In this document: positions 42,090-52,274 of the stretch, piece by piece
How positions within the stretch are numbered: position 1 is the stretch's first letter
Layout: each line of letters opens with the position of its first letter
Virus record (IMG/VR): IMGVR_UViG_2778261696_000003
Origin: a virus
Lineage: Duplodnaviria > Heunggongvirae > Uroviricota > Caudoviricetes
Strand: one strand, 5' to 3'
DNA length: 58,308 nt
The notes under the pieces: model-generated
The model's input: the letters and a program-made list of their open reading frames with translations, nothing else
What the model was told of the DNA's origin: nothing
Databases searched by the model: none
Program-made: the position numbers and the translations under genes

Positions 42090-42890
42090 ATGCAACAAAC
42101 ATTCAATGCGGATATGAATATATCAAACCTTCATCAAAATGTCGATCCTTCAACCACTCTGCCTGTTATTTGTGGTGTTGAAATTACGACCGACCGCGCT
42201 GGCCGTTACAACCTTAATGCTCTACACAGAGCGAGCGGACTCGGTGCCCATAAAGCGCCAGCTCAATGGCTAAGAACGCTGTCAGCCAAACAGCTCATCG
42301 AAGAGCTTGAAAAAGAAACTATGCAGAATTGCATAGTTTCGTTCGAAGGCCGTGGCGGCGGCACTTTTGCCCATGAATTGCTCGCTGTGGAGTACGCAGG
42401 CTGGATTTCTCCCGCGTTTCGGCTGAAGGTAAACCAGACATTTATCGACTATCGAGCCGGAAGATTACAACCTGCTATTCCGCAGAGTCTCCCTGAAGCT
42501 CTCCGTTTGGCTGCCGACCTGGCAGAGCAAAAGCAACGGCTGGAGCAAAAAATGCTTATGGATGCACCTAAAGTCGAATTCGCCGAACGCGTTGCTACCG
42601 CCAGCGGGGTTCTAATCGGCAACTATGCCAAAGTGCTCGGTCTGGGCCAAAACTATCTCTTCACCTGGTTGCGTGATAACGGAATTCTGATCGCAACCGG
42701 TGAACGCAGGAACGTCCCCAAACAAGAATACATATCCCGTGGGTATTTCACCCTTAAAGAAACCGTGATCGATACAAGCAATGGAAGCAGGATTTCTTTC
42801 ACGACTCGTATAACCGGCAAAGGTCAGCAGTGGCTGATGAAGCGATTGCTTGATGCTGGTGTGCTGGTACCTGTCGCGGCAACGCGCTAA
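42090..42890 (+). CDS. kilA: KilA (KilA-N plus KilAC domains), 266 aa
   Basis: N-terminal KilA-N-like region (RYNLNALHRASGLGAHKAPAQWLRT), C-terminal ANT/KilAC region; size equals recalled P1 KilA. Confidence 0.8.
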   Translation: MQQTFNADMNISNLHQNVDPSTTLPVICGVEITTDRAGRYNLNALHRASGLGAHKAPAQWLRTLSAKQLIEELEKETMQNCIVSFEGRGGGTFAHELLAVEYAGWISPAFRLKVNQTFIDYRAGRLQPAIPQSLPEALRLAADLAEQKQRLEQKMLMDAPKVEFAERVATASGVLIGNYAKVLGLGQNYLFTWLRDNGILIATGERRNVPKQEYISRGYFTLKETVIDTSNGSRISFTTRITGKGQQWLMKRLLDAGVLVPVAATR

Positions 42891-42919
42891 CAGACGTAGT
42901 AAGAACCACCAGCATTGTA

Positions 42920-43765
42920 ATGCTGGCTAAAGTCACTTTCCTGAGCTGTATAACGATGAGCGATTTTACTTTTTCTGGCTATGAATTGGCCTGCTTTGTA
43001 ACACACTCCGGTCTATCCCGTAGCGCCGGGCATATCCTGTCGCAATGTGCAAATCTCGCGGCAACAACCAGTGAATACTTCATTCACAAGCCTCACCGCC
43101 TGATCGCGGCAGAAACTGGTTATAGCCAATCAACCGTCGTTCGTGCATTCCGTGAAGCTGTAAACAAAGGAATTCTATCTGTAGAGATTGTTATCGGCGA
43201 TCACCGTGAACGTCGCGCTAACCTGTACCGGTTTACACCATCCTTTTTGGCCTTCGCACAACAAGCCAAAAATGCGCTGATTGAAAGCAAATTAAAGATC
43301 TCTTCAGCGGCAACCAAGGTTAAAGCTGTTCTCGCTAAGACATTGGCTTTATTTAATTTTTTATCCACACCCCCATGTCAAAATGATACCCCCTCCCCCT
43401 GTCAGGATGACGTGGCAATAAAGAATAAGAAGTCACAAATTAAAAAAACAAAAAGATCAGTTTCCGGCGGTGCCGAAACGACCAGCCTCAAAAAACTGAC
43501 TTCATGGATCGCCGAGGCAAAAGCAAAGGCTGACAATCTGCGGTTATCCAAAAAACGCGCTCAAAAACATGAGTTCAAGCAGAAAGTAGAGGCGGCAGCG
43601 CGGAAATATGCTTACCTGAAGAACAAGCGTTCTCCTGATATTGGCGGGGTATCAAACTTCGATAATTTGCCGCATTGCATGACGGTAAACGAAGCTCTTA
43701 ATGCGGTTTTAGCCAAAAATAAAGATAACGAACAATGGGGTATACCGGCAGGATTTAGAGGGTGA
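42920..43765 (+). CDS. repL: Lytic replication initiator RepL, 281 aa
   Basis: Follows kilA under a C1 operator; size equals recalled P1 RepL. oriL expected inside the gene. Confidence 0.7.
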   Translation: MLAKVTFLSCITMSDFTFSGYELACFVTHSGLSRSAGHILSQCANLAATTSEYFIHKPHRLIAAETGYSQSTVVRAFREAVNKGILSVEIVIGDHRERRANLYRFTPSFLAFAQQAKNALIESKLKISSAATKVKAVLAKTLALFNFLSTPPCQNDTPSPCQDDVAIKNKKSQIKKTKRSVSGGAETTSLKKLTSWIAEAKAKADNLRLSKKRAQKHEFKQKVEAAARKYAYLKNKRSPDIGGVSNFDNLPHCMTVNEALNAVLAKNKDNEQWGIPAGFRG

Positions 43766-44061
43766 TAGATTGCTCTAATCTGGAGTCACCTGGCGTTTTC
43801 AGTTTGAGGTCGGAGATGCAATCTGATTTTTTACAGTTAGCGATCGCTTTTGCAGGATATGTTTGTATTGGCTTCTGTGTATACATGATCAGCCGAAAAA
43901 TGCTTGTCGATATCGACCGCAAAGAACAAGCAGAGGAGATCTTAGTATGGATTTTCTTTGGCGCGGTCTGGCCATTAGGGATCATGTTTGCTGCAACATT
44001 TCTTCTGATGTGGATATTCACCCTTCCAGGTGATTTCTATAGAAAAAAAGCCAGACATTGA
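43762..44061 (+). CDS. Small inner-membrane protein, 99 aa
   Basis: Two hydrophobic helices; 4-bp overlap with repL stop. Confidence 0.4.
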   Translation: MIDCSNLESPGVFSLRSEMQSDFLQLAIAFAGYVCIGFCVYMISRKMLVDIDRKEQAEEILVWIFFGAVWPLGIMFAATFLLMWIFTLPGDFYRKKARH

Positions 44062-44129
44062 TACAATCGTTGCGGGTGCTTGAGGCTATCTGCTTCAGGC
44101 ATTACCCGAAAAGCAGATAGAAGAAAGCC

Positions 44130-44200
44130 CCAGATAACATTACGCGTCCTGCAAGACGCTTAACATTAATCTGAGGCAATATCTATGCTTAGCATACGTA
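44130..44200 (-). ncRNA. sok: Candidate Sok-type antisense RNA of the hok/mok locus
   Basis: Minus-strand promoter-like TTGACC (plus coords 44225-44230) with GCTAAT -10-like hexamer, directed across the mok start/hok leader. Boundaries approximate. Confidence 0.3.
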
Positions 44201-44391
44201 GATTAGCCTCTTACCGACCAAAAGGTCAAGGAGAAGCAGGCTATGAAGCAGCAAAAAGCGATATTAATCGCTCTGATCGTCATCTGTTTAACCGTCATTG
44301 TGACGGCACTGGTAACGAGGAAAGACCTCTGCGAGGTACGAATCCGAACCGGCCAGACGGAGGTCACTGTCTTCACAGCCTACGAATCTGA
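44185..44391 (+). CDS. mok: Mok-like overlapping reading frame (translational coupling frame for hok), 68 aa
   Basis: ORF overlapping hok in another frame, as in hok/mok/sok loci. Confidence 0.45.
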   Translation: MLSIRRLASYRPKGQGEAGYEAAKSDINRSDRHLFNRHCDGTGNEERPLRGTNPNRPDGGHCLHSLRI

Positions 44392-44398
44392 AAGGTAA
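44243..44398 (+). CDS. hok: Hok/Gef-family type I toxin, 51 aa (absent from ORF track, under 60 aa)
   Basis: Manual translation MKQQKAILIALIVICLTVIVTALVTRKDLCEVRIRTGQTEVTVFTAYESER matches the Hok family pattern; AAGGAGAAG RBS before ATG. Confidence 0.8.
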   Translation: MKQQKAILIALIVICLTVIVTALVTRKDLCEVRIRTGQTEVTVFTAYESER

Positions 44399-44470
44399 GA
44401 GACCTGGCGGGGAGAGATCCTCGCCACTCTTCGTGTGTCAGGTATCCTCAATGCACCCTTTCCTCTCCAA

Positions 44471-44498
44471 ATAAAAAAGCTCCCGAAGGAGCTTTAAA
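44471..44498. terminator. Intrinsic terminator hairpin (GCTCC-CGAA-GGAGC flanked by A6/T-rich)
   Basis: Stem-loop with T-run on minus strand, downstream of minus-strand structural gene. Confidence 0.5.
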
Positions 44499-44514
44499 AT
44501 ACAAGGGATGACTC

Positions 44515-45024
44515 TTAATCCCACTCAATCCAGTTGTAGACGATACGAAGTGACGGGCGCACAGCGGCAGTCACATCTTCGGTACTAAAGTCGATTGCAT
44601 CACTGTAGATTTTGCAGTCCAACATTTCAATTGTTGTAGCAGCTTTTGTCACAGCGTTAACCCCGGAAGATTTGGATTCAGGGGTAGCAGCCATCGTGAT
44701 ATCAACATAGTCCTTCGCCGCAATGCGATCTTTAATGAACTGAAGAATATCGCCTTCGATAGTCTCCACGCACTGGACCTGGATTTCCCCTGAGTTTCGA
44801 ATTGGACCGTGCTGGTTGAACTTCACACCATTCGGACCATAGTCCTCCACATCCTCGCGGGTCATTTCAGGAATTTGCGACGTGCGAACCAGTACGCTGA
44901 TATCTTCATGGCCTGCAAAAGTGAGCTGGAATTCAGAAGATACCAGTCGTTCGCCTTTGGCCGCGTTGGCAGTATAGCGGCCCTTAATAAATTTACGGTT
45001 TCCCTTAGTGTTATTGTGCCCCAT
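44515..45024 (-). CDS. Phage tail structural protein (tube-like size), 169 aa
   Basis: Position in sheath/capsid operon; synteny. Confidence 0.4.
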   Translation of the reverse strand: MGHNNTKGNRKFIKGRYTANAAKGERLVSSEFQLTFAGHEDISVLVRTSQIPEMTREDVEDYGPNGVKFNQHGPIRNSGEIQVQCVETIEGDILQFIKDRIAAKDYVDITMAATPESKSSGVNAVTKAATTIEMLDCKIYSDAIDFSTEDVTAAVRPSLRIVYNWIEWD

Positions 45025-45035
45025 ATAAAATCCTT

Positions 45036-45617
45036 TTACTGGAACGCCCGAACAATATCGGAGCTGTTATATATCGAAGAACCGGTCAACTGGAGGTTGA
45101 CGGTGTTTTTCAGGAAATGTCCATTGCTGTCCCTGGGCGCATCGAGATCGAAACTTATGTCCTGGATAGCGACATCAATGATGTTGATCCGGCGACCAAT
45201 GTTTAGCGTCACACGCTCCGGGATTCGACCACCAATACTGGCATCTTTAAGTTCCGGGCTAATCATCGCTGACAATGCGGCGATAGCTCCTGAAACCTCC
45301 GTGAATGGGTCAAACAAAGCGATGAAAGTTACTGGCAGCGTGAAAGTCGGCGGTGTTCCCCCTTCCCAAACCATTAAGCTGTTCCAACGGGCAACCGACG
45401 TTGTTTCAGTACCAACCTGCGCAAAACCACTGAAGGCACCAGCAACAGATCCCATGGACATACCGGTAAACGGCGCTTCCCAATTCTGGGCCATGTTCAT
45501 TGCCGCTCCCTGGCTGATATATCCGGTAACCTGGTACTGAGAGTTCGTTAAAGTAACTTTCAGATATGGCGATACACCGTCAGCCTGGCTGTAAACCCCA
45601 TAAGGAATAGGTGCCAT
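45036..45617 (-). CDS. Phage tail/baseplate structural protein, 193 aa
   Basis: Synteny. Confidence 0.4.
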   Translation of the reverse strand: MAPIPYGVYSQADGVSPYLKVTLTNSQYQVTGYISQGAAMNMAQNWEAPFTGMSMGSVAGAFSGFAQVGTETTSVARWNSLMVWEGGTPPTFTLPVTFIALFDPFTEVSGAIAALSAMISPELKDASIGGRIPERVTLNIGRRINIIDVAIQDISFDLDAPRDSNGHFLKNTVNLQLTGSSIYNSSDIVRAFQ

Positions 45618-45652
45618 TCAAGTTAAAGGCCGGAGTTCTCCGGCCTCCTCCT

Positions 45653-46468
45653 TTAGCCAAGGCGCTTACGGCGCAGTTTCATTGACTTTTTGCGGGCAAG
45701 TTTTGCCGCGCCGGTCTGGGCTTTTCGACGCGCTTTTTTCAGCGCCGATTTTTGAGCCGCAGTCAGACGTTTTTTACGCAGGCGTTTACGGATGAGTTTG
45801 ATCTCACCGTTACGAACAACCTTCTTAAATGCTTCAGTCAGCATTTCATCAGAAGTGCCAGCAACAACAAACGCCGCTTCCAGTTCGTCGCGGTCGTCGC
45901 TATCTAAACCAGCGATAGAGGCACCAACATCAGCAGCTGCGTCGTCGTCTTCATCGTCAGCCAGTGCTTCGATCAGGTCATCATCTACACCGCATGCTGC
46001 GAGGAAGTCAGCAACATTTGCCCATGCTTCGTTATAGGCATCGTCCTGTTCTTCTGTAACTTCGGAGTCGTCGTCATCAGAGATACCAGCGATAGCCTGA
46101 ACGAAACCATCAAGGGAGTCGAAAGTCAGATCACCGCTATCAGCCCAGGCGAAAACGGCGTCGGCCGCATCACTCAACGCATTTTGCATAGCACTTCGAT
46201 TTGCAGCTTCCAGAATCATCTGGTGCGCCTGTTCGACGGTCCATTCTTTACCGTCTTTCCCTTCCAGGATTTGCTCAGGAGCCTGGGCAGATGGAACGTT
46301 ATCGTTAGTCTGTGCCGCCGGTTCCGGATTATTATTAATAACCGGATCTGTTGGCGGTTCAGCGCTTGCTCGGGCAGACTCCATCAGCTGCACAGGATCA
46401 GAGTTCAAAGCGAAACGAGACAGTCCATTCCCCAAAAATGCCCCGGATTGAAAAAAGTTTTTGCTCAT
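45653..46468 (-). CDS. Acidic phage protein with highly basic C-terminal tail, 271 aa
   Basis: Asp/Glu-rich core and KRLRKKRLTAAQKSALKKARRK tail; between sheath-like and tail genes. Confidence 0.4.
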   Translation of the reverse strand: MSKNFFQSGAFLGNGLSRFALNSDPVQLMESARASAEPPTDPVINNNPEPAAQTNDNVPSAQAPEQILEGKDGKEWTVEQAHQMILEAANRSAMQNALSDAADAVFAWADSGDLTFDSLDGFVQAIAGISDDDDSEVTEEQDDAYNEAWANVADFLAACGVDDDLIEALADDEDDDAAADVGASIAGLDSDDRDELEAAFVVAGTSDEMLTEAFKKVVRNGEIKLIRKRLRKKRLTAAQKSALKKARRKAQTGAAKLARKKSMKLRRKRLG

Positions 46469-46477
46469 TGTATTCCC

Positions 46478-48067
46478 TTACTTAATAAGCAGCGGTACGC
46501 CCTGGATACGACGGGCTACGCCAGTCGGGCAGCAGGCCCAGACTACTTCCCATTTATCGAATTCCGCCTGCGTAACTTTCAGCACATACGGTTCTGTACC
46601 GTCAGCATCAGGATCACGAGGAGCCACCAGAGCGCCGGAGGCGACAAAGCGATCTAAAAGTTTGGTCATCCCTTTAGTCAGGCCAGCCGCAGTAATACCG
46701 TCCGGGCTATGCTTCATCTGTCGGGCTAACTGGACAAAGAAACGGCTGATTGCATTCATCAGGGATGGGACGTGCTGGAAGTGCAGATAGTTATCCTGCG
46801 TGCAGCAAGTTAAAGCATCGTCGATGATCATCTGGCCAGAGGTGCCAACAGATACTTTATTGAGACGGCCCTTGACCATTGCTTCTTCGTCCGGGGTATC
46901 TTCCGGATACAGCGGTTGAATTGACGCACGAGCAATGACGGCACGTTCTTCACCAGCCGGTGAGTAATGCCAACCGCCGACATCAGAGTTTTTCTTGACG
47001 CCACGAGCTTTCGCCGCATACGCCACGCCAGACAGACCAAAGACCACACGGGATTGGGTCCATTTGTCTTTGCAGGAGAACGGGTAGTGATAGACAGCAC
47101 AGCTTACATAATCGGTACCAAGTAAACCGGTATCTTCAACAGCAGAGATCGCTTCCGTGTACGTCAATGTCGGTTTGACATCAAAGAAGCCATCAATCAG
47201 GCGATCTGCACAGATTTTACCTAATGCGGTGATAGCCGCATTGTCATAGCAGCCCAGGCCAAGAACAGCGGTGTACATGTACGGCGCATTATTCAGCACT
47301 TTAACCGCACGCAGGTACGCAGCGGTTGAGATTTTCGACTGATCGCCGTTGGTACCGCCAGTGAACGCCAACGATTTTTTGTTTGTTACTTTCGCTGTCG
47401 AAATCAGCTCTTCATTAACAACCGCGCGCAGATATTTAGAACGGGCTTCCAGAGCCGTAGGCAGATAACACAAGCGGCCCATGTCATCTTTCGCTTCTTC
47501 CGCCAAAGACACAGTGTGTGTCTCCAGGGTCGTTACCACGCCGAGCGAAGTCGTCTGGGTCAGTTTTAAGAGGAAGCGTTCATTACCCGCGCTGTCCGCT
47601 GTTGCCGTTTCGATGGTTAACTCACGGGTAGGTGAAATACACGGATCACCATCATCAACGTAGATAGCAAAGGCTTCGCCACTATCAAGTTCAATTTCAG
47701 AACCGTATGGCAACGCACTGTAAGCCGGTTCGCCTGATTCATCGAACATAATAATCGGGAACTTCGCATCATCCGGAACAGCGCGAACAACATAACCAGA
47801 CGTTTGCTGAATAGCTTCGTATACATGGCGAATTGGTTCGAACTGTGAGCCGGAAGACGGCTTCAGCGGTTCGCCGAGAACATCTTCGTAATTGGACTCA
47901 GTAACCGCAAGAACAGTAAACGGCTTGCCACGCGCAAATACGCCAATACCAGCCCATAAGCTGCTATTTAATGCAACACCGGTAGATAACGTCGCATCGG
48001 CATTGATCGGGCTAACCGCGACGCCGGATGCATTACCTAATGACTGTTGAATTGAATATTGAGACAT
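46478..48067 (-). CDS. Tail sheath protein candidate, 529 aa
   Basis: Size and position next to the capsid gene as recalled for P1 gene 22. Confidence 0.5.
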   Translation of the reverse strand: MSQYSIQQSLGNASGVAVSPINADATLSTGVALNSSLWAGIGVFARGKPFTVLAVTESNYEDVLGEPLKPSSGSQFEPIRHVYEAIQQTSGYVVRAVPDDAKFPIIMFDESGEPAYSALPYGSEIELDSGEAFAIYVDDGDPCISPTRELTIETATADSAGNERFLLKLTQTTSLGVVTTLETHTVSLAEEAKDDMGRLCYLPTALEARSKYLRAVVNEELISTAKVTNKKSLAFTGGTNGDQSKISTAAYLRAVKVLNNAPYMYTAVLGLGCYDNAAITALGKICADRLIDGFFDVKPTLTYTEAISAVEDTGLLGTDYVSCAVYHYPFSCKDKWTQSRVVFGLSGVAYAAKARGVKKNSDVGGWHYSPAGEERAVIARASIQPLYPEDTPDEEAMVKGRLNKVSVGTSGQMIIDDALTCCTQDNYLHFQHVPSLMNAISRFFVQLARQMKHSPDGITAAGLTKGMTKLLDRFVASGALVAPRDPDADGTEPYVLKVTQAEFDKWEVVWACCPTGVARRIQGVPLLIK

Positions 48068-48127
48068 AACTTTCCCTGTTATGCGCCCCGCACGGGGGCG
48101 CTATGTTAAACGGAGAACTTCCCCTGA

Positions 48128-49855
48128 TTACTCAGAGTCACCGGCATCAATCGTGTCGCCGCTAATGAAGTTAAGCCCGCCTTTTTTGGCCATTGTCAGC
48201 GTTACACGAGTGAAGTAATCAGCGCCGTTGCGTGGGTGCATATCGTTGATAGCCGAACCCCACAGCGTGGTACGGTTGACCAGCGCCGGAGTGGTCGGAT
48301 GCTGGAACGGGATGGCCGGGACAGCATCACCAGTCACGAAGCCTGCTTTACCCGGATTTTCATCACGGACGTAGCACAGCACATCCATCGAGCTGAACTG
48401 AATGTTCTCTGTCGTTAAGTTCTTACAAATACCAGCAGGTACTTCGTACACTTTCACGTTACCGAACAGGGTACCGATGTAGTGAACATACGGAGTCTGG
48501 ATATAGTCTTCGGCTGGCTGGAAGAAATCCTTCGGCAACTGTTTGAAGAAAGATGCTGCATCAGCACCAGCAAACATCCCCATCGCACCAGAAGATTTAA
48601 CGCGCTCAATAATGTCGCGATATACAGTCTGGAATTTGCCACGAATGATGGTTGCCCATACATCAAAGGACTGGTTAACCGGCAGAGCGATGTCAAAGGT
48701 GTCGGTCGCAAGAGTACGCCAGATCATGATGCGAAGACGCAGCATATCCTGTTCATGAGACAGGTATTCCTTCAGGGTGCGGAACTGTAGGGAACCCAGG
48801 TCCAGACCAAATTCACGCTGTGCTTCATACGCCGCCTGTACCGTGTGCTCAGCCGCGATAACGAACTGGCTTGGGAACAGGGTGTATTTCTTCATTTCGT
48901 GGTTGATCAGCGGGATCAGCTCAGGAGCGGCTTCAATATTGATTTCCGTCTCAATTGCGATCTCAGTGCCTTTATCCGGCGCTTTGGAGAACGACAGGGC
49001 AATCTGACCAATGTTGTAGTTCAGAGAGCAGGTAACAGTGATTTGCTCACCAGCAGCATTAGTAAACGAGTGAAGTAGGCTGCCGGAACCGTTATCAACA
49101 ACAGACTTAATACGGTTAACGTAGATATTAGTGCGACCTTTTCGGATTGGTACATTCTGGCCTTCGAAGTCTTCCATCTTGAAGGTTGCGGTTTTGCTGG
49201 TGCCATCGGAGCTTGCCACCAGCACATAGCGGCGGCGTAACTGGCTGTACACACCGACGGATTGCATGTCCAGAACATCACCAGCAGCATAAGAACCAAA
49301 AGAGGAACCTGCCACGTTAAAGACTTCATAGATGTCGGACTGGTCACGCGTAACCGGAATGAAGGTACACGCATCAGCGGTAGCTGCCCCCAACTGAACA
49401 GGCAGGATCATCGCGAGGAATAAAGGCAGACGCATAACACCGTCAGAAACGCTCATCATCTCTGCTGCGACGGATTCCAGCATCGCTTTATTAGTGGCAT
49501 CCATGCTATTGCGGGTGGACTCAATCAGGCAGTTTTCCAGCGTCTGGTGGCAGGAGGCCAGAATTTCCGGACGCGGCATAGATTTATGTGCTGCGGCGTA
49601 GTCAGCCAGTGCACTTGCCCACGCTGTAGCGATTTGAGCGGTGGCATTATCAGAGATACCCGCAAAAACCGGGTCTTTACGTGCAGCTTCAAGGATAGAT
49701 GCGGCACGCGCGGCATCATCTTTAATGAATTGGTTATCAGTACCGAACTGCGCAGTGCTTGCCCAGCCAAGCACAGCTTTAGAGCGTTTTGCGATATCTG
49801 CAATACGATTCTGGTATTCGCGTAAGTTACTCAATTTACTCTTCCTTAAACACAA
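48128..49855 (-). CDS. Major capsid protein candidate, 575 aa
   Basis: Position immediately before parS/parB as recalled for P1 gene 23; late promoter motif upstream. Confidence 0.5.
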   Translation of the reverse strand: MCLRKSKLSNLREYQNRIADIAKRSKAVLGWASTAQFGTDNQFIKDDAARAASILEAARKDPVFAGISDNATAQIATAWASALADYAAAHKSMPRPEILASCHQTLENCLIESTRNSMDATNKAMLESVAAEMMSVSDGVMRLPLFLAMILPVQLGAATADACTFIPVTRDQSDIYEVFNVAGSSFGSYAAGDVLDMQSVGVYSQLRRRYVLVASSDGTSKTATFKMEDFEGQNVPIRKGRTNIYVNRIKSVVDNGSGSLLHSFTNAAGEQITVTCSLNYNIGQIALSFSKAPDKGTEIAIETEINIEAAPELIPLINHEMKKYTLFPSQFVIAAEHTVQAAYEAQREFGLDLGSLQFRTLKEYLSHEQDMLRLRIMIWRTLATDTFDIALPVNQSFDVWATIIRGKFQTVYRDIIERVKSSGAMGMFAGADAASFFKQLPKDFFQPAEDYIQTPYVHYIGTLFGNVKVYEVPAGICKNLTTENIQFSSMDVLCYVRDENPGKAGFVTGDAVPAIPFQHPTTPALVNRTTLWGSAINDMHPRNGADYFTRVTLTMAKKGGLNFISGDTIDAGDSE

Positions 49856-49895
49856 GGCACTTGTGTGAATCCCTTTTCGGAAGAGATTTTATTGA

Positions 49896-49908
49896 AAGTC
49901 ACTTGTTG
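49896..49908 (-). promoter_or_regulatory. Candidate late promoter element upstream of capsid gene (minus strand reads AACAAGTGACT, then TAAAAT)
   Basis: Motif shared with sites at 9813 and 13546. Confidence 0.3.
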
Positions 49909-49965
49909 ACTTTCTCGTGACAAGCAATTTTTTTATTTTTTTCGGGAGTAGGGGCGGAAGGTAAA

Positions 49966-50056
49966 ATCCAAGGTGAAATCGTGGCGATTTCACCTTGAAA
50001 TTTTAGATGGATTTACTTTAAAAACAGTAGGTTAATAGTGAAATTTGAATGGCGAA
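49966..50056. other. parS: parS partition site (centromere) with ATTTCAC heptamer and TCGCCA hexamer boxes
   Basis: Inverted ATTTCAC heptamers around the TCGCCA hexamer, matching my recollection of P1 parS; directly downstream of parB. Confidence 0.75.
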
Positions 50057-50059
50057 AGT

Positions 50060-51061
50060 TTAAGGCTTCGGCTTTTTATCGAGGCTCTTTCTAAGGATAT
50101 GCCCAATCATCCTGTCGAGTTCTTCCTGTAGCTCTTTTGAAAGTCGATTAAACTCATAAGAAAATGCACGGCCTTTCACGCGTTTCCTTGCAAAGCGATC
50201 CTTGTCCTCAAATTTCCATAATTCAGTAACTACGGACTTATCTTTAGAACCTTTATCCGTGAGTAGTGAGGCTTCCTTTGTTATCAAGCGCAGGATTTTA
50301 TTTTTAACTTCATCTTCGGCCATTTCTTCAATGGATAAGATGTCGTTTATTTCCGGGGATATGTTTTGAATAAGCTGATCAAACTCTAAATTCTTGTTCC
50401 CCATTTCGTCGCCAACAGCACAAAGCGTTTTGTAGTCCGAAAAGGTTAATTCCGACTGCACAGGGAAAAGGGCGACTAATTCTTCCGGAGCACTCGCTGC
50501 CTGGAGAGCACGCGTGACCTTCGCCTGAGACAGCCCTTCTTTGGCTGCAATATCCTTCTGACTCATCCCATCATTTTTCATTCGCATCAAACGCAGACCT
50601 ATTTCTCGAATGCTGTGCTGCAATGCTGTCTGAACGTCTTTCGCTAAATTTTGCGCTTCCTGAACGCTGATCTCCTGGTCCGTGACTAAAACCCGCAACC
50701 CTACGTTCTCTAAGATGGCAGAAGCTCGACGCCGGGAACCATCCAAAATTTCAATTTTCCCTGTAGCCCGTCTAACACCTATTGCAGGGTAAAATTGCTG
50801 ATGCTTAATAGTGCTTCGGATACTTTTTAATGATTTTGGCGTAAGAGATGCCTGGTCACGCCCGTTGTTATGCTGATCAACAAAGGTATCGCTTTCTACC
50901 TGGTTCGGAGGTATTACCTCTTCAATAAATGTGGCCTGGCGACCAGTTGATAACTTGAATACCTGCTCGACTCGATCGCCAGAGGCTGAAGAACTATCAA
51001 ATCCGCTTAATATTGAAGGATTAAGGGTTCGCCCAATTGTTGGTCTGTTTTTCTTTGACAT
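50060..51061 (-). CDS. parB: Partition protein ParB, 333 aa
   Basis: Size and position after parA and before parS; HTH region present. Confidence 0.85.
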   Translation of the reverse strand: MSKKNRPTIGRTLNPSILSGFDSSSASGDRVEQVFKLSTGRQATFIEEVIPPNQVESDTFVDQHNNGRDQASLTPKSLKSIRSTIKHQQFYPAIGVRRATGKIEILDGSRRRASAILENVGLRVLVTDQEISVQEAQNLAKDVQTALQHSIREIGLRLMRMKNDGMSQKDIAAKEGLSQAKVTRALQAASAPEELVALFPVQSELTFSDYKTLCAVGDEMGNKNLEFDQLIQNISPEINDILSIEEMAEDEVKNKILRLITKEASLLTDKGSKDKSVVTELWKFEDKDRFARKRVKGRAFSYEFNRLSKELQEELDRMIGHILRKSLDKKPKP

Positions 51062-51077
51062 GGGGGGTTCTTACTCC

Positions 51078-52274
51078 TCAGTTAGATCTGATAAATTCAA
51101 TACGGTCAAAAACTGCTTTAGCAAAATCTTCCGCGGCAATTCGCGCGTTCTTCAATGCATCAGCACTACCAACATACGTTGCCGGGTTAGCTGAAATAAC
51201 AGTGTCAAAAGACTCGCCGCAACGTTCAAAACCGTCAAGGCGAGGGAGGACGACATCGAGCATATCCCCACCGAACACTTCTTTAGCCAGGCTATGGCAA
51301 TACTTATGATCTGCCTTGTTACTCAACTTGGACATAAAACCAATGTTAGTCGCAAGCTGGCACTCGCAGCCTTCATCCGAAATGAGTTTTACCAACTCAG
51401 GAAGGCGGGCAACGTATTTAAGCGATGAGTGGAAATCGACAGTTGCTGGCGGCAGAGGTGTAAACAGTATATTGGCCGAGGCCAAAGCATTTTTCAGGAA
51501 GGCGTCAAGGTGAGGACCACTATCAACGAGGATAAAGTCATAATCGCTCTTCAGCTTATCAATCACATTTTCTTTCAGGACAGCATGGATGTTCTGACCC
51601 GGTAGATGCTCATTGCACAGCTCTCTCCAATCGGATGCAATAAAGGCATCGTCAATCGACGCAGGCATAACGTCAACCCCAGGTACAACAGAAGGAACAA
51701 TAAACTCCTCTAACAGCTCTTCACGGCTTACATTCTGCAACATAGCCTGTGCAGATGTTGCGTTTACGATACCAATAGAGTGTTTATGGCTTAAAAACAT
51801 CGTTGCGGAAGATTGCGGATCAAGGTCAATAACCAGAATCCTTAAATCCTCCATAAGAAGATGAGGGTGAGCACGCATTGCATGCGCCAGAGAAACCGTC
51901 GATACAGTTTTTGACACACCGCCTTTAAGATTGGAGATGAAAATCACATACGCTTCGCTGTAGCGATCCCGGTATTTTGGCACTCCGCGATGTTCATATA
52001 TGTCAATGATGTTCTGAATTGACATCGCATATTTCATTGAAGAGCCAGCAGGGCGTTTATCGAAAACATAACCCTTTTCTTCCATTTCACTTACGGCATA
52101 GTCAACGTTCGCTCGAGTCAGTAGAGGCAATTTTGCCAGTGCCGCTTTCGCATAGACCTGGTAAAACTCGTTCGCGTGTAGCTCATCCTTTTGCAACTGT
52201 ACTTGTTCAGTCAGAACATTGAGCATTCTGTTTGCTCTTTGAGCAACCTTGTGAAGCTGGCTGGAATCACTCAT
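51078..52274 (-). CDS. parA: Partition ATPase ParA, 398 aa
   Basis: Deviant Walker A (KGGVSKTVSTV) and N-terminal extension typical of type Ia ParA. Confidence 0.9.
   Translation of the reverse strand: MSDSSQLHKVAQRANRMLNVLTEQVQLQKDELHANEFYQVYAKAALAKLPLLTRANVDYAVSEMEEKGYVFDKRPAGSSMKYAMSIQNIIDIYEHRGVPKYRDRYSEAYVIFISNLKGGVSKTVSTVSLAHAMRAHPHLLMEDLRILVIDLDPQSSATMFLSHKHSIGIVNATSAQAMLQNVSREELLEEFIVPSVVPGVDVMPASIDDAFIASDWRELCNEHLPGQNIHAVLKENVIDKLKSDYDFILVDSGPHLDAFLKNALASANILFTPLPPATVDFHSSLKYVARLPELVKLISDEGCECQLATNIGFMSKLSNKADHKYCHSLAKEVFGGDMLDVVLPRLDGFERCGESFDTVISANPATYVGSADALKNARIAAEDFAKAVFDRIEFIRSN

Noticed and set aside
44809-45540. 243-aa plus-strand ORF overlapping two minus-strand structural genes
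   Set aside because: Spans the intergenic junction of two well-supported minus-strand genes; no RBS; shadow ORF.
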